From the human T2T-CHM13v2.0 reference genome, Homo sapiens: 64,000 bases of DNA. How positions within the stretch are numbered: position 1 is the first letter of the stretch; each line of letters opens with the position of its first letter. A model generated the notes under the pieces. That model did not search any database. It saw nothing but the letters and a program-made list of their open reading frames with translations, and had not been told where the DNA came from. The DNA is taken from NCBI RefSeq assembly GCF_009914755.1, contig NC_060927.1; one strand, 5' to 3'. Shown here piece by piece: positions 12,511-27,107 of this stretch. The translations under genes and the position numbers were made by a program.

Positions 12511-13090
12511 TTTATTCATTCATTCTTTCAGAAACTATTGACTATATAGCTTGTTGTAGCTGTTTCGGATATAGCAGCAATCAAGAATGACAAGGTTTCT
12601 GCTTTCATTGAACTTGTAATTATAATGAGAAAATAACAAATAAATATAATTATTGAGTAAACAACATGTTAAAAAGTGGTAAGTGCTGCAGAAAAAATTG
12701 AAGTAAAACAAGGGAAAAGGAATTGAAGTGTCAGGTGGCAGCTGGTTGGAAAATTAAATACAGTGCTTTTCATAGGACTCGTTGATAAGATGAGATTTGA
12801 GTGAAGACTTGTAGGAGGAAATAAGGTGGGAAGAACTTTCAGGAAGAGATAATAGGAAAAGAAAACCATAAAGAACAAGCTGATGTGGGCTTTTGAGTAC
12901 AATAGGCAGGCCATTGTGACTGGACTGAAGAGAATGAGGGATACAGAAGATGGAGATAAGGTCAGGGAAAGGTTGAGGGTGGGCGTGGAGTCAGACCTTG
13001 GAGTTCCTTCCTAGCAAGGATTTGGGCAATTACTTTGAGTAAATAATGAGACACGCTAGAATTTTGAAAAAAGAAATGACACTTGGCTGT
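12511..13090 (-). mobile_element. L2 fragment
   Basis: ATTCATTCATTC L2 terminus followed by typical antisense L2 3' region. Confidence 0.6.
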
Positions 13091-13802
13091 TTGGATAATT
13101 ATCTTTGCTAGAACAATGAATACTATCTATGGCCCAATGTCTTGCCTTGTCAATTAATATTTATTGAGCACATTTTCAGGCACTTTGAATTGAAGATATA
13201 GACAGACAAAAAGTTTCTTTGTCTTTCTATCCCATGACTGTATTTTGCACAAGGTCAATAAGAGGCTTCAGTGTTTTTACAATTACCAAGAGGATGGGAT
13301 TTGTTATTGTGTGCAGATAAAATGTGCTGATGCCTCCATTATTTATGGGATGAGATAAAAGTCATGCAGCCTTATGAGACAAAAGGCAGGTATATGTTTT
13401 ATATGTATGTTTTTAATGTGTTCTGTCATAGATATTATACCTTCTATAGCCCAGGGATTACCTAATGTAAATTTCAGGTGGAGTAAAACTGTCAACATTT
13501 AATATTTTTTATGACTTACATTTATGCAGCTAGGGGACAAACATCTCACTTTAGAAAACTGTGTGTATTAGGTAGAGTGAAATTGGTTTTCTCATTTTAT
13601 TTTCTTAAAGTATCTAGTGTTTATGTTAGAGAAAAACAATACCCCTAAGCTTAGGGGTGGTTTCTAAATTTTAAGGGCCTTTATGTGAAAGAAAAAAAAT
13701 GTTCCCAATGATTAAAATGCTTTAGAAATATTTTAACGTATAAAATCTGATTTCATAAATTTAGAAAATAAAAATATTTGTCTTTATTTTAAAGTAAATA
13801 GA

Positions 13803-13977
13803 GGCCAGGCGCAGTCCCTTACACCTGTAATCTCAGCACTTTGGGAGGCTGAGGCAGGAGGATCGCCTGAGCCTGGGAGATGAGGCTGCAGTGAGCTATG
13901 ACAGCACCACTGCACTCCAGCCTGGGCAACAGAGAGAGACGCTGTCTCAAACATTAATAAATAAATAAATAAATAAA
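13803..13977 (+). mobile_element. Alu monomer (FRAM-like or left/right chimera)
   Basis: Single arm with (TAAA)n tail. Confidence 0.88.
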
Positions 13978-14394
13978 GCACATGGGATATGCTGTCAGCT
14001 AACAACAAGGGCAATAGTCTCGATCAATTCTCAGCAGAATCTTATTCCTACTTTTTGTTATTGTTTTTCTTGTGGTAAATTAGGGTTCAAGTGTGGCCGT
14101 GAAGCAGAGAAAGGTCATCTAGTTACAAATAACACAATACATCTAATTCACAGCTAATGCTGGCAAGGTTATGTGAGTCAAGGCACTGTCAGGAACTATT
14201 GATGATGGTATAAAATGTTGTAATTTTCTGCAGAGAAATTTCATAATATATTCCAAAAAGCTTTAAAATATTTATACCGTTTGAATAATTCAACATCTAG
14301 AAATGTATGCTAAAGCAATGGCTTATATTTAGTGGTAAAATTAAGAATCAGTCTCTTTGAAATCAGGAAGAAAATATGCCCATTAAAACAGCTT

Positions 14395-14660
14395 GGAGTA
14401 GGGGAGGTATAGAGACATTGGTTAATTGATACAAAATACAGTAAGATCTAAGGAATAAGCAAGGTGGCTACAATTAACAATAATACGTTGTATATTTCAA
14501 AATCGCTAGAAGAGAAGATTTGAAATGTACCCAACACAAAGAAATGGTGAATGTTTGAGCTTATAGATATCCTAAATACCCTGATTTGATCATTATGCAT
14601 TGTATGTTTATCAAAATAGCACCTGTGCCCCATAAAGATGTACAATTTAACTTAAAATAA
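14395..14660 (+). mobile_element. L1MA 3' end, nested in older L1 ORF2-like relic
   Basis: CCCAACACAAAGAAATGGTGAATGTTTGAG...TACCCTGATTTGATCATTATGCATTGTATG. Confidence 0.75.
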
Positions 14661-16922
14661 AACAGTATAATCAACATGTTACTAAATTTCCCAGACAATG
14701 CAATAAGATATGAAACATAAATGGAAAGTAGATATATTAGAAAGAAAGATGCAAAATTTTAATTACAGCTGATAGGATTGTCTCCATAAAAATTCAGGAA
14801 ATTCTACAGCTAAACTATTACAGCAAATTAGATTTTAGCAATGTAGGTGAATGTAAGAGATCCATACTAAAAAAAAGTCAGAGTCTCTGCGTAGCAGCAA
14901 TTAGAAAATATAATTAAGAAATAAGTAGAGACAACCATCAGAATTATATATTAGTATCTAATTATAGCAATGTTTAGATTTAAAATAATCAAGAGAATCC
15001 TAAATGTAAAGCACTAGGAAAATAGTGACATACATTATGATATATTTCTACAATGGAATATTGCTCCAGTCAGAGACCCTAAAGAAAAGACATAATTGTC
15101 ACAAATTTAAGCTATTTGAAGAGGATCTAAGTGTGTGACAAGAAATCATAAGGAATGCAATGTCCGGGCTGGAATGGATAAGGAGTAATTAACAAAATCT
15201 GGATGAAAAGTGACTCTCCTTGAGAGCAGCAGCCAATCAGAGTTAATCCAGTAAGAAGGAACAAGGTGAATACAAATGCCTGACTTCAGGCCTCCTCCTT
15301 TCTCTGCTATTTTACCCTAGTTCCCCATTGTCCAAACCCACCTGAAACCAGAGATCTAAGGAGCTGTTTTATTTCATATACACAGATTAGCTCCAGAAAG
15401 AAAGCAGTGTGAAAAAGATGAAACACAGATTTGAAAGGTAAAATGGGAAATACTGTGCAGTTATTTAAAATTATATATTCATAAGTGATTTAGTGAATGG
15501 GAATATGTTTACTCTGAATACAGTAAAAAAAAGTAAGATGTATAAAATAAATAATTATATACTCAATGAAATTCCCATTCTTCTCTCTCAAGCAATCTTG
15601 AAGATCAGACAGAAAACCAGCCTATGAATCAAAGAAGAAAATCAAAATCAGACTTCATAACTGCTTCAGTAACCCTTGGCAACAGACAACACACTGGATT
15701 TTGGCGAATAACACTAAAATTTTTGCTGGTGAGGTCTTCAGAAACTGGATAGATGTGAAACCACCAGAACAGAAGTGGAGCGGGCATGGTATCTGTTTCT
15801 TCAATTTGTAGTTTTATAGTCAAAAACTGGCATGTATATACTTAATTGGTAACATGTAAGTCACGTGCCTCTATCCCAACTCTAAGAGAGGTTGAGAACT
15901 TAATTTCTGGCTTCTACCTTGGGAAGGATCAGGCTTATAAGCTGGAAAATTAGCCAACATACACAGGATATTCAAAGCTTCTAGGCAGTCAAAATACTGT
16001 CAAGTGGTAAAACAGACATGAAAAAACCTTTTTTTCTCTCCTAAATTTAAAAAAATATAATTTTTGTAAAACACTGTATGTGGCTTTCCATAAAATTAAA
16101 AGAGTCTTGGGAGAGAGAACATCTCATATGCTTCCTAGTGAATTACTTCCACACTAAAGCAATTAATGAAAATGAAAATACCGTGTATAATATTTTTAAA
16201 GCAGCCTTTTCACTGATAAATATGTTTTAGGTATATATACAGCTATGGAAAAGTTTTCCTCATAACAATTCCATTTTATCTCAGGTATAATCTGTCAGGA
16301 GAAATTATTTCTTGTTGCTAAAAATGGAACAAAACGTTTGAGCTAAAGAAACACATTTCTCATTCAACACACACATCCACAGAAGTTTCTTCTCATGCCA
16401 AAGTGAGCAAATCTACACTTGGGATTGTACAATTTTTATGAAAGTAATTAACAAATAAAACATTTAAAAGAAAATTAATTTTCTTACCTATAATTAATAT
16501 CTATCACCTTGGCACCTACTAACAAAATTTTCTACTTAATGGTGATGTTTCAAAATATGGTCCTGCTCTATTTATGATAATATTTGGTCTGCCCTATATA
16601 GGCTTTTTATTACATTTAAATTATATGTGTACATTGCTTTTTTCATATTAAGACATGTCTATACAAATATTAGTAGCAAATATATTATTAATTTTTATTC
16701 CAATTTATGGTGGAGTCTTTGGCTTCTTCAAGTGGATCACTACCCTAGCTGTCCAGAGCTCCACACCTATTCTCCTGTGTTTTCCAGTGTCCGGCCATAC
16801 AGAGTTTATCAGAGCCTAAGAATAGACTTGTGGTATAGAATGGCATTTCTGTTGCCAGTGAGAGGGTTCCTGAATGCTGATGAAGCAAAATTTTCACCAG
16901 ACCCCTTGAGTAAAATTGATAG

Positions 16923-17327
16923 TGTTAAATCAAGTATAGCCAAAAGCTGCCTCCTTACATATTTTAAGTTCATCCTAAAGGTTTTTCCATACATCATGTA
17001 CTATAACCTAAATGGAGTTGTAAACAGACTATAGTCTACTCTTGTGCCAATCCCTGAGAAAACTTTAATTGGCCAATCAAAGGTGGCAAACTATTCAAAC
17101 CATGTTCAAATAAGGCAAACACTGAGCGTCACCAGTCCGGCTGCTTCTGTACCTCACTTCCATTTTCCATATGTCACTTTCTTTTTTTTCCTGTCCATAA
17201 ATCTTCTTCTACCAGGTGGCTGCACTGGAATCTCTGAGCCCATTGTGGCTCAGAGAGACTGCCTGATTCACTCTTTGCTCAATTAAACTCTTTTAAATTT
17301 AATTTGGCTACAGTTTTTCTTTTAACA
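16923..17327 (+). mobile_element. Solo ERV1 LTR, MER57-like
   Basis: TGTTAAAT...AAAGCTGCCTCCTTACATATTTTAAGTTC start, CCAAT boxes, ATTAAA, TTTAACA end. Confidence 0.82.
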
Positions 17328-17981
17328 ACCTATACCTTGGAAACAAGGGACAGGAGGTGCTTGTGCAGTGAAAACTGGGTGTTCTTCAGTATGGCTTAGC
17401 ACTCCCATGGCAGTTGCACACTTAAAACGTTTCCTTTTTTCGCTCTGTCAGATTTCCTACTCAGCTCTTTCAGGGTGCTAGACTTACTCCCTTCTTTAGG
17501 AACTGCCTTACCAAGCAGTATCCACTTTTTTTTTCTTTTAGTAAGAAAATACTTCCAGTTATACTTGGGTACATTGCTGCCCACTGAAGACTACATTTTC
17601 CAGCCTCCCTTACAGTTAGATGTGTCCATGTGACCAAATTTGGGCCAATGGAATGTGCACAGGAGATAGGTGTACAATTCAAGCTCTTTCCTTCTTTTGT
17701 TATTTCAAAATAAACCTTGATACCTATCTAAATGGCACACCAAAATCATCAGTAATTCCAAAATTAATTTTTATTTATTTGCGGGAAAGGAGAGCCCAAT
17801 CTTCAAATCATGTTAGAAATTAAAAGGAAATATTTGTAGCTATTCTTCTAGCATATCAAAGAAAGGAAAGTAAAATGCCAGACAGTAGGTTTCCATATTC
17901 AATTTTGCAATCCAGTAATTTTCTAATACCTATGAGTCCTGCATACATGATTTGGAAAGCATATATTACTTAAGAAATTTA

Positions 17982-18294
<313 letters not shown>

Positions 18295-19629
18295 TCACTA
18301 AAATAATGTATTTTCTTCCACAAAACACCTTTTTCTTCTTATTTCCACAGCATATCAGAAAGATTGAATAAATTTCCAAAATATTAGACAGAAAGGGATT
18401 TAATGGTGCATTTGTTTTGATTTTCTTATTTCCAGGACAGGAGACTGAGAAACAGATTCACTGGGCAGCTTACCCAAACTGAAAGGGCCAACCAGAGGCA
18501 GTGCTAGAATTAAACCTAGCTTCGTTGCTTTTAATAATTATGCCTTCTGCTTATCCACATGTTTATTTTCTTGAACAGCAGGCTTGTAATATTTGACCTT
18601 CTGTATAAATACAACTGAATGCTATAGCGATTGATACTTTTCTGGATTTTATCATAGCCAGTAAATAAATTAACAGACTTAGAAGGCTCCAGTTTAAAAA
18701 TCACCCAGCCATTCAGCACTCTGGATCATTGGCCTTTCTCTTTAAAACTATACTCTCTTTGATAACAGCACAACACTCATTCCCAAAGTCCATTTTAATT
18801 ACTGTGATCCTCAACATTCATAACCGTACTTCTTTCTCTTTTGCTTCTTTTTCATTCTGTCAGCAGAATATGTATTTGTTGGAAAATCTTCTTTTCCTTT
18901 ATCTACACTACACACTGCATGTTTCTCATCCTTGTCACTTTCATTTGTCTATAGGAAAACTGAGTACAGTGTCTTTTAATCTCCTTTTAAGAAACCTGTC
19001 AGTAATGATGGCACAAAGCCATCCTGTGGGTCATGTGTTTATGGATGCTTTTTGTTTTATAGTTTAAGACTACTGACTGATGTTTGAATATTCAGAGCAC
19101 TGACCCTTACATTCAGAGAAATCTTATCTGTAGGAAGCAGACCTAGGACGCAGCTTGTTTGCCTTTCACTCTCTAGCTTCAGCAACAGCAAACACCATTT
19201 TGCCAGTTTTGTTCCTTTCTTTTCACAGCAATCATTTTATTTCTTTATCCTAGACCATTAGTTTTGCAGTACTCATGAGCCTCTTTCAACTCCCTCGAGA
19301 GTGTCATGGCATCCTCTAAAGGTAACTTGTGGGGCATGCAAATCTCTCTGCCTTGACATCTTTCACCCCTACAGGTAGGGTTTGATGCTGTACCTTTGCA
19401 CTACTTGGTGGCATATCTTTCTCCTCACCACCACCCTCCCACCCCCGGCACCCCACTGCTGGCTTCAACTCCAAAACTTAGAGCATGGTTGGGTGTCCAT
19501 CACCTTCTCTTTTTGCAGGAACTATAAAATACATAGATAAGTGTATAATCTGTACAACTAATGCCCATTTCATCACTGGCATTTATAAAAATGAAGAAAT
19601 GAAAATGCTGTAAATAAAATTAAAATCTC

Positions 19630-20200
19630 TTTGACTACTCCCTAAGTCTCATCACTTACACTCCTGCCCAGAGGCAATGTCTGTCAAGGGCTAATTTAAT
19701 ATAATTTCATCCAAATTTTCATGTTTTTCAAACATATATGCATTTGTATAAACAATACATATTGTTTTTATTGGTGAGGTTTCTATTTACAGAAATGATT
19801 GCATAGGGTATTTATTATCTTGCAATTTGCTATTTTGCAGTTATCATTATGTTTTTAAGATGTATCTGCTTACAAATGTTAATTGCTTTATGAATCATTC
19901 CATTGTGTGATTATACCTAATTTTGTTTAGTCATTTCCCTATTGGTGTTCATTCATGCCATTTCTAATTTCTACTGTTACCCAAATGAGCACACTTACGT
20001 GTGTCTCCTTGTGAACTTGTGTTTTACTAGAGTATACACCTAAAAGTAAGATTAATGGGTTACAGGATCTGTGAATTTTAGTTTTACAAGATATGCCAAA
20101 TATCTTCCCAAACAGGACTTATCAACCTTAATTTTTATGAGTAGTATATAAAAATATTTATTTTCCAAAATGCCCCCAATATTGAATGTACATAGACTTC
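19630..20200 (-). mobile_element. Old L1ME-type fragment
   Basis: T-rich antisense L1 3' motifs (TTCCATTGTGTGATTATACC, GAGTATACACCTAAAAGT). Confidence 0.55.
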
Positions 20201-20269
20201 TAAAAATAATATCTGAATTCAACAATCTTAACTTGAATCATCCTTATTATTTCCTATTAAGAATAGAGA

Positions 20270-20580
20270 GGCCAGGAATGGTGGCTGATGCCTGTAATCC
20301 CAGCACTTTGGGAGGACAGGACAGATGGATCACCTGAGGTCAGGAGTTAGAGACCAGCCTGGATGACATGGTGAAACCTCATCTCTACTAAAAATACATA
20401 AATTAGCTGGGCATGGTGGCACGTGCCTGTAGTCCCAGCTACTTGGGAGGCTGAGGCAGGAGAAGTGCTCGAACCCAGGAGACAAAGTTGCAGTGAGCCA
20501 AGGTCGCACCACTGCACTCCAGCCTGGGTGACAGAGTGAGACTCTGTTCCCCAAAAATAAATGCATAAATAAAAAATAAA
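20270..20580 (+). mobile_element. Full-length AluS
   Basis: GGATCACCTGAGGTCAGGAG; TSD AAGAATAGA. Confidence 0.93.
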
Positions 20581-20699
20581 GAATAGAAGTATTTCCAATT
20601 ACTTTGAAAGTACTGTAAATAAACAAATACACGAAGTGGTACACATAACTTTAATCTGTTAAACCCTGAAGTACATCAATTTTGCTTTAAATGTAACAA

Positions 20700-21570
20700 A
20701 GCCTAATTAATTAATTCAGTCCTCCATTCTCGTTTATTACATTTCTTACAAGCTCTAGATACTGTGCCAGGTTCTGGGGATAAAATATTGCACAGTGGGA
20801 CTGTTCCCTGGAGAAACTTACAATGTAGTGGGAGAAACAGATACCTAAACACCTAGTCACAATAAAGTCAAATAAGTGCTATCATAAAAGGAAGTTGCAG
20901 GTGATATACGAGAACAGGGGAGAATGCCTAGGATTCCTAAAGGGAAGAGAAGGTTGGACTTAGTCAGGTTAGGTGTGGGGTCAAGGGAAGTGAATTTATG
21001 AAAGGTTTGAGAAAGGATTATCCATGCAGAAGAATGACATGTGCAGAGAACTGGAGGCTAAAGAGATGAGCAGATTCTCAATTCTATCAAAGAATTCAGT
21101 AGCCTACTTGGGACAAGAGAAGATATAGTCTGGTGTTGGTACATGAAGAGATTTTAATACCGTATACTTAAATAGTTCGGATTTTGTTTGTTTGCTTCTA
21201 AGGAAGATGAGGAACCATCAAAAGACTTTAAAATAAGATGGCTATGACTACATCATCAAAACTGAGCATTATGAGTAAGACTCAGAAAAGCACATAGGAG
21301 AAATACTAGCAAGAGCAGAGAAGAGGCAGATGGATCAATGAAGGAAAGAGACAATGGTGACAAAAACTAGTAGAGATGGAAAATGGGCTGTAGAAAGACA
21401 TTTAAAGGAAGTAAAATCAACTGAACTTTGTTCATTCAGTACATATTGAGCATTCACTATGTGTCAGGCAAAGTTCTGGGTATTTGAGATTCATCAGTGA
21501 AAAAAATGAACAAAACAAACCAAAAAAGAAAAAAAAATATCTGCTTTTGGAGCTTATGTTCTTGTGGTTG
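20700..21570 (-). mobile_element. L2 fragments
   Basis: TACTGTGCCAGGTTCTGGGGATA and TTGAGCATTCACTATGTGTCAGGC motifs. Confidence 0.55.
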
Positions 21571-21944
21571 TGTTTATCTAACCCACTGATTTCATGAAGG
21601 AGGGCTGTGGTGCAGAGAGGAATCATGGGCACACAGTAGGTAGTAAGAATGTGGAAGATCTGGATCTTCAAGAGTTGGAGCTTCCTTCACAGGACACTTG
21701 ATGAAAGCTAGCATTGTTCAAAGGGAACCAACGAATCTACTTTGAGTAGCAGACATATTTGCTAATCAAATAAACTTGATATAATGTATTTGAGGGTAAA
21801 AATCATTTGAAGTTATATTTAATGTTTTGCTGGGTATATCTCAGTTTCTAGCGTGTTAGTTCCCTAAGATGTGACTCCTAGGCATGAGAATCTGTATTTT
21901 GAATTGAAAGAAGATGCACAGTTTCTGGATACAACTAGGTAATA

Positions 21945-22198
21945 GCAGGCTGACTTTTCTAGCACATACACGAGGCACAGTACTTAAGGCCTACGGTACT
22001 GTTAAGGGCCTAAAAAAGTGTTTTATTTTTAATCAGAGAAAATAAATGAACTTTTAGGCCAAAGAAAATAATACATAATATTAATATATTCACCTTTAAG
22101 ACAATGTATTCATAAAATATAACTTTAAACCTTTTTTGGAGGAAGGGGACCAGGAGGATAAAAGTACCTGTGCCCGTCGAAGTCATAACACGGCTCTC
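21945..22198. mobile_element. DNA transposon relic, hAT-Tip100-like
   Basis: AGGCACAGTACTTAAGGCCTACGGTACT / AAAAGTACCTGTGCCCG terminal motifs recalled from this group. Confidence 0.35.
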
Positions 22199-24289
22199 TA
22201 TAAAAGGGAAAGAGGGAATTCTGTTTTATTTTAATATGTTAAAAACAACCCAACAACCTCATTTTATTATTGCCTTGATGGTACTCCTTACTTTTCAGCC
22301 TTCTTAGGAACTATCTGTCGGAGATTTTAAATATATCCAGATTATATTGTACCTGTTATTGTTTGGTCCTCACAAGCTCAACTTCTTGAGCTATCTTGAT
22401 AACACAGTAAAAGATTCTTCACGTTCCACGATTGAACCAATGGATTTAGAATCACAAAAATGTAACTTATTCCAATCTTCACATGTCTCCTCATGTGACT
22501 TGATCGAATAAGACACTCAACCCTGGGTCTTTTATTTTAAAAAGGTGCCTTATTTACTACATCCATTGGGAAATAAGGAAGTGACATAATGATTCACCTC
22601 TGTGAAGTTGTTATCCACTTGTATTCCTAGGCCAGACAATCTTTCTCTCTTGGGAAGGGTGAAAGGTCAAGTCCATCTTGAAACGCGTAACACTGTGACT
22701 TCACTTTGTTTGAGTCTTCACAAGCTCTCAAGAGCCAAAGTGGCTTTTCCAAATAGCATGCATGTTTTCCTCCATCTTTAGCTGTGCCTTATAGTGTTCC
22801 TCTTACTCCTATCAAGAGAAACAAGTCTGCTCCTCAATGGACCATCTATCTCCTCAATGGTGGGGATCAGAAGCAAGATTGCCATTGGCTTATTTCCTCC
22901 TGAGATCCATTCAGGAGAAGCAGAATAAGTCATTATTAATTCCACTACCTTATATTATTACATAAGAAACTAAGATATTGTTATCAGGTTCTAATAACCA
23001 AGATAAGATTGCTACTTTTTTTTTGTCATAGATTTTGTTAATCACAAATAGTCTAACACATTTTTCCTTACCCCCATGCCCATTCCTCAATAATTGCAAA
23101 TTGAGTTCTCAATAATTGGAAATCAAATGTCAGAAACTTTTCTACATGCTAGGGAGCATCCCAACGTTTGTCCCTAAAGGATTTCAATTTATAAAATACA
23201 TTGCAAGCTATTGGGTCAACATGTAGGTGATTTTTAACTCTCAAAATGTAAGCTTGAGAATTTAATGACAAAAATCTTTCACAAAAGCACTGTGGTCTGG
23301 GTATAGAAAATAGCTAGAATGAGATGAGAAAACAAAATTAGAGTGTAAAAGTAGTGGATCTGGGGCACCACTTAGAGGCATGGTGCTTGGTAATGCATTT
23401 TTCTGTGCTTTTCCTGGTGTGCCTCTTCCTAATGAGACATTGTGGTAACCAGGGTCCCAAGTCTAGCAAAGGTTAAATTGTTTATCTTCATTATCTCAAG
23501 TCCTGGGGAACTTAATGGCCCGCAAGGCACATGCTGAACGGTTTCTGTCCTATATAATCGAGTATGCTATATTTCCAATCAAGATAAAAACCTCAGGATA
23601 TATTTTTAAAATATTTCTGTGAATGTACATTATATTTTCAGAGGGTTGATTAAGCTCGGGGCTATCATTCTTCTCTGAAAATATAACATCGTTTCTGATA
23701 ACCACTCAGTTTGTCCGATCCAAAATGGAAGAATTTTTTTAAATTGAGCAGAGAATTATACAATCATGTTATAGAAGCTGAAAACAATTTCATTATTTTT
23801 ATCTTACTCATGATCATGAGCTCTCTCTCTTTTGAATGAGGAAAATGATGAGATTGAGGTATAATCAATCCCAAATACAATTTTAAGGTTTTTTTTTTTC
23901 TTATAGGGATGGTGAGTTCATGAAAATCTACTCCTCAGTATTTGCCTGTTTCTTTCTGTGCACAGTTGTTACATATGTTAGATTGCTAGCTCTGATGAAG
24001 ACACTATCTTAGACACAGAGAAAGTTAAATAAAATTCAGCCTGAAACCCCTTCATAGCAGGTCTCAGGGAGAGATGTTTGCCACATGCTAAAATCCAGAA
24101 AGGAATTCCATTATTCCTAAACATCTTTACAGCTGGGCAAAGAAGATAAGTTGACTGGTACTGCCAGTAAGTGTATGGATTTTGAGATGATTGTTATGTT
24201 CAGGGATTTCAGGCTGAATAAAATTAATTCAAGTTGTTGCTAATAAATGTTGTATGAAATCCTCAAACAATGGAGATATCTGCTTTTAT

Positions 24290-24800
24290 ATCTATTCATC
24301 CGTCCATCTATCCACTCATCCATTCATCATTAATGGAGCATATATTTATTGAGTCTTCATTATGGTGCTTACTGTAATAACAATTAGGCACTGTTCTAAG
24401 TATTAAGAATATAACAGGACATAAGCATAGTGCTCTTGACTTCCTGAAGTTTAAAGATTGGGGGGATGGGAGGTGACAGGGACCAATTAGTAAATAAGGA
24501 GCTATGATACATTTTGAAATGCAGAGAGATAAGAGTACAGAAAGGTCCTATGAGAGCCCCTGAAGGGGCAGGAAACTCAGATCTAAGAGGGTGATCAGGC
24601 AACTTCCTGAAGGAAGTGGCATCTAAGCTGAGATCTGAAGCAGAGGGAAGGATAAAGAATATCAGACAAAATAGCAAAAACAAAGACCAGGACACTCGCA
24701 TATATAATACTTTTGAAAGACCTGAAAGAAGTTAGGAAAAACTGGATTATGGTGTGCAAGTTCGGGGGTCATGGAAAAGTAGGCATGATAAGGTGCACCA
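24290..24800 (-). mobile_element. L2 fragment
   Basis: CATCCATTCAT...ATTTATTGAG terminus; CTTCCTGAAGGAAGTGGCATCTAAGCTGAGATCTGAA. Confidence 0.65.
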
Positions 24801-25217
24801 GGGTGCAGTATGTGGAAGTGTCTTACTGATTAGGGAGTGGTGGTGATTACAATGGGTACTCTGATTTAGTTTTTGGAATCACATTATTTTAAATTCATTT
24901 TTAAAAGTACATTCTCATTGTCTATTTATCAATGTATTTAATTTATATAATCTTCTTTTATGAAAAAGGATTTCAGGTGTTTTCTAAAATACATAAAGTA
25001 TGATGCAACTGCATGAATTCAAGGGGGTGCAAGGATATGCACAAAGGAATACCACAATCATATTACAATGAATCCTCCTACAAGGCAGATTATACTGACC
25101 TACAAGCTTCATCTGAATAACACTAACCCTTGGAGGAAAGGTATGTTGGATTCTTATAATGTGAGAAGCAGGGTTCTAGCTGCTTTCCACCTGTATCTCA
25201 TTTAATCCTCAAAGACC

Positions 25218-25376
25218 CTGCCACTCCAAGTGCAGTCCACAGAACAACAGCATCAGCGTCACCTGGGATTTGTGAGAAATGCAGAAACTCTGGCCTCATC
25301 CCAAATCTGTTGATTCATCTACATTTTAACAAGGCCCCGGGTGATTCCTGAACACATAAAACTTTGCCAAGAACTG
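25218..25376 (+). mobile_element. MER5A (hAT-Charlie) nested in a MIR
   Basis: CAGCATCAGCGTCACCTGGGA...AGAAATGCAGA...CATTTTAACAAG. Confidence 0.75.
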
Positions 25377-25520
25377 GACAAAGAACATTTACCTTTAATG
25401 TGTTTTTCAATTTACAGGTGAGGACACCAGGCTTCTAAGAGAATAAGTAACTTGCCCAAAACTAAACACTTAGTGAGTGCAGGGGAAGATTTTGAGTTTA
25501 CACTTTCTGACTCCAGGCAC

Positions 25521-25825
25521 TTTTTTTCAGGAGTGGGGACGGTGGGGCAGAGTCTCATCCTGTTGTCGATGCTAGAGTGCCGTGGCATGATCCCGGCTAA
25601 CTGCAGCCTCAACCTCTTGGACTTACGTGATCCTCCCACCTCAGCATCCGAAGTAGCTGGAACCACAGGCACGTGCCACCACACGCTGCTAATCTTGTTT
25701 ATTTTTTGTAAAGAGGAGATTTCACCATATTGCCCAGGCTAGTCTCAAACTGCTGGGCTGCAGCGATCCTTCCACCTCAGCCTCCCAAAGTGCTGGGATT
25801 ACAATTGTGAGGCATTATGCCAGCC
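25521..25825 (-). mobile_element. AluJ
   Basis: Antisense Alu, both arms. Confidence 0.9.
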
Positions 25826-25885
25826 TGCAGGCCCTTCTTGGTTTCTAAGTGGCATAGCCTCCCCCTGTGTTTGTAAGCTTTACGG

Positions 25886-26084
25886 CAAGCTTGGCCAACC
25901 TGTGGCCCACGACTTTGAATGTGGCCCAACATAAGTTTGTAAACATTCCTAAAACATTATGAGATTTTTAGGTGATTTTTTTAAAGCTCATCAGCTATCA
26001 CTAGTGTTAGTGTATTTTATGTGTGGCCCAAGACAATTCTTTATCCAGTGTGGCCCAGGGAAGCCAAAAGAGTAGACATCTCTG
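25886..26084 (+). mobile_element. MER30 (hAT-Charlie MITE)
   Basis: TTTGAATGTGGCCCAACA...AGCTCATCAGCTATC; perfect 8-bp TSD CTTTACGG at 25878-25885 and 26085-26092. Confidence 0.88.
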
Positions 26085-26562
26085 CTTTACGGTGACCAGC
26101 CAAATAGGAAATATGGGCTTTTATGCAAAACACATTGTCCCAATGATTTTTTTTTTTAAGAGACCAGTTGCTCAAAAGAACAGCAGGGCAACTACCATCA
26201 ACATTATCAGGAAGGAACTCTTCCCAGGGATTTATATAAGCAAGACTTTACATGATGCAATGAATGACAAGACAGGCAAAATCTTTCCACAAATGCTAGC
26301 TGATCAATCAAAACAATGTGATTTGATGGAAAACGACTTGGTTGGCAGTGATTAGCCAGACCATTTAGCTATCTCGGAAAGGCTGAAGCAAAAGTTGATT
26401 GGACAGCAGCAATGATGTAGGAGCTATTTCAGTTAGGAAGACAAGCTAATGACATCCAAGTCCCCTTCTGCCTCTCCTATGTTGAGTCCTGCTCAATGGC
26501 TCCTCCCAACATAAAAAATTACAAATTGATGTAAGCATTCATAAACCTAAATGTTTACAGGG

Positions 26563-26913
26563 ATGGAATGGACTGAATTGTGACCCACGAATGTTTATTA
26601 TGTTGAAAGTTTAACCCCAATATGACTGTATTTGGAGATAGGACCATTAAAGAGGTAATTAAGATTAAACGAGGTCTTAAGAGTGGGACCCTAATCCAAT
26701 AGGACTGGTGTCCTTATAAGAAGAAGAGACACCAGGAAGGCACATGCACAGAGAAAAGACCATACAAGGGCACAGCTTGAAGGCAGCAAACCAAGGAGAG
26801 GCCTCAGGAGAAACCAGCCTGCTGACACCTAGATCTTGGACTTCCAGCCTCCAGGACTATGAGAGAATACCAGTCTGTGGCATTTTGTTATGGCAGCCTT
26901 GGTTAACTAATAA
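26563..26913 (+). mobile_element. MaLR LTR, MLT1B-like
   Basis: GACTGTATTTGGAGATAGG...CCTAATCCAATAGGACTGGTGTCCTTATAAGAAG...GGACTTCCAGCCTCCAG. Confidence 0.82.
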
Positions 26914-27067
26914 TAATGGGCTAAGCAAATAATCTAAATAAAGGAAACCAAGAGGTTAAATGTACATGCATGCATTTGAGAAGTAACGGAGACTGCAGTT
27001 AGGCCATTGTTGACACAGAATTGCAGGAACAGTATTGTCAAGCTCTCTAATCTTTAAAGAAAATAAA

Positions 27068-27107
27068 GTGTGTGTATGTGTATGTGTGTGTGTGTGTGTG
27101 CGTGCGT
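27068..27107. repeat. (TG)n microsatellite
   Basis: Interrupted TG run. Confidence 0.9.
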
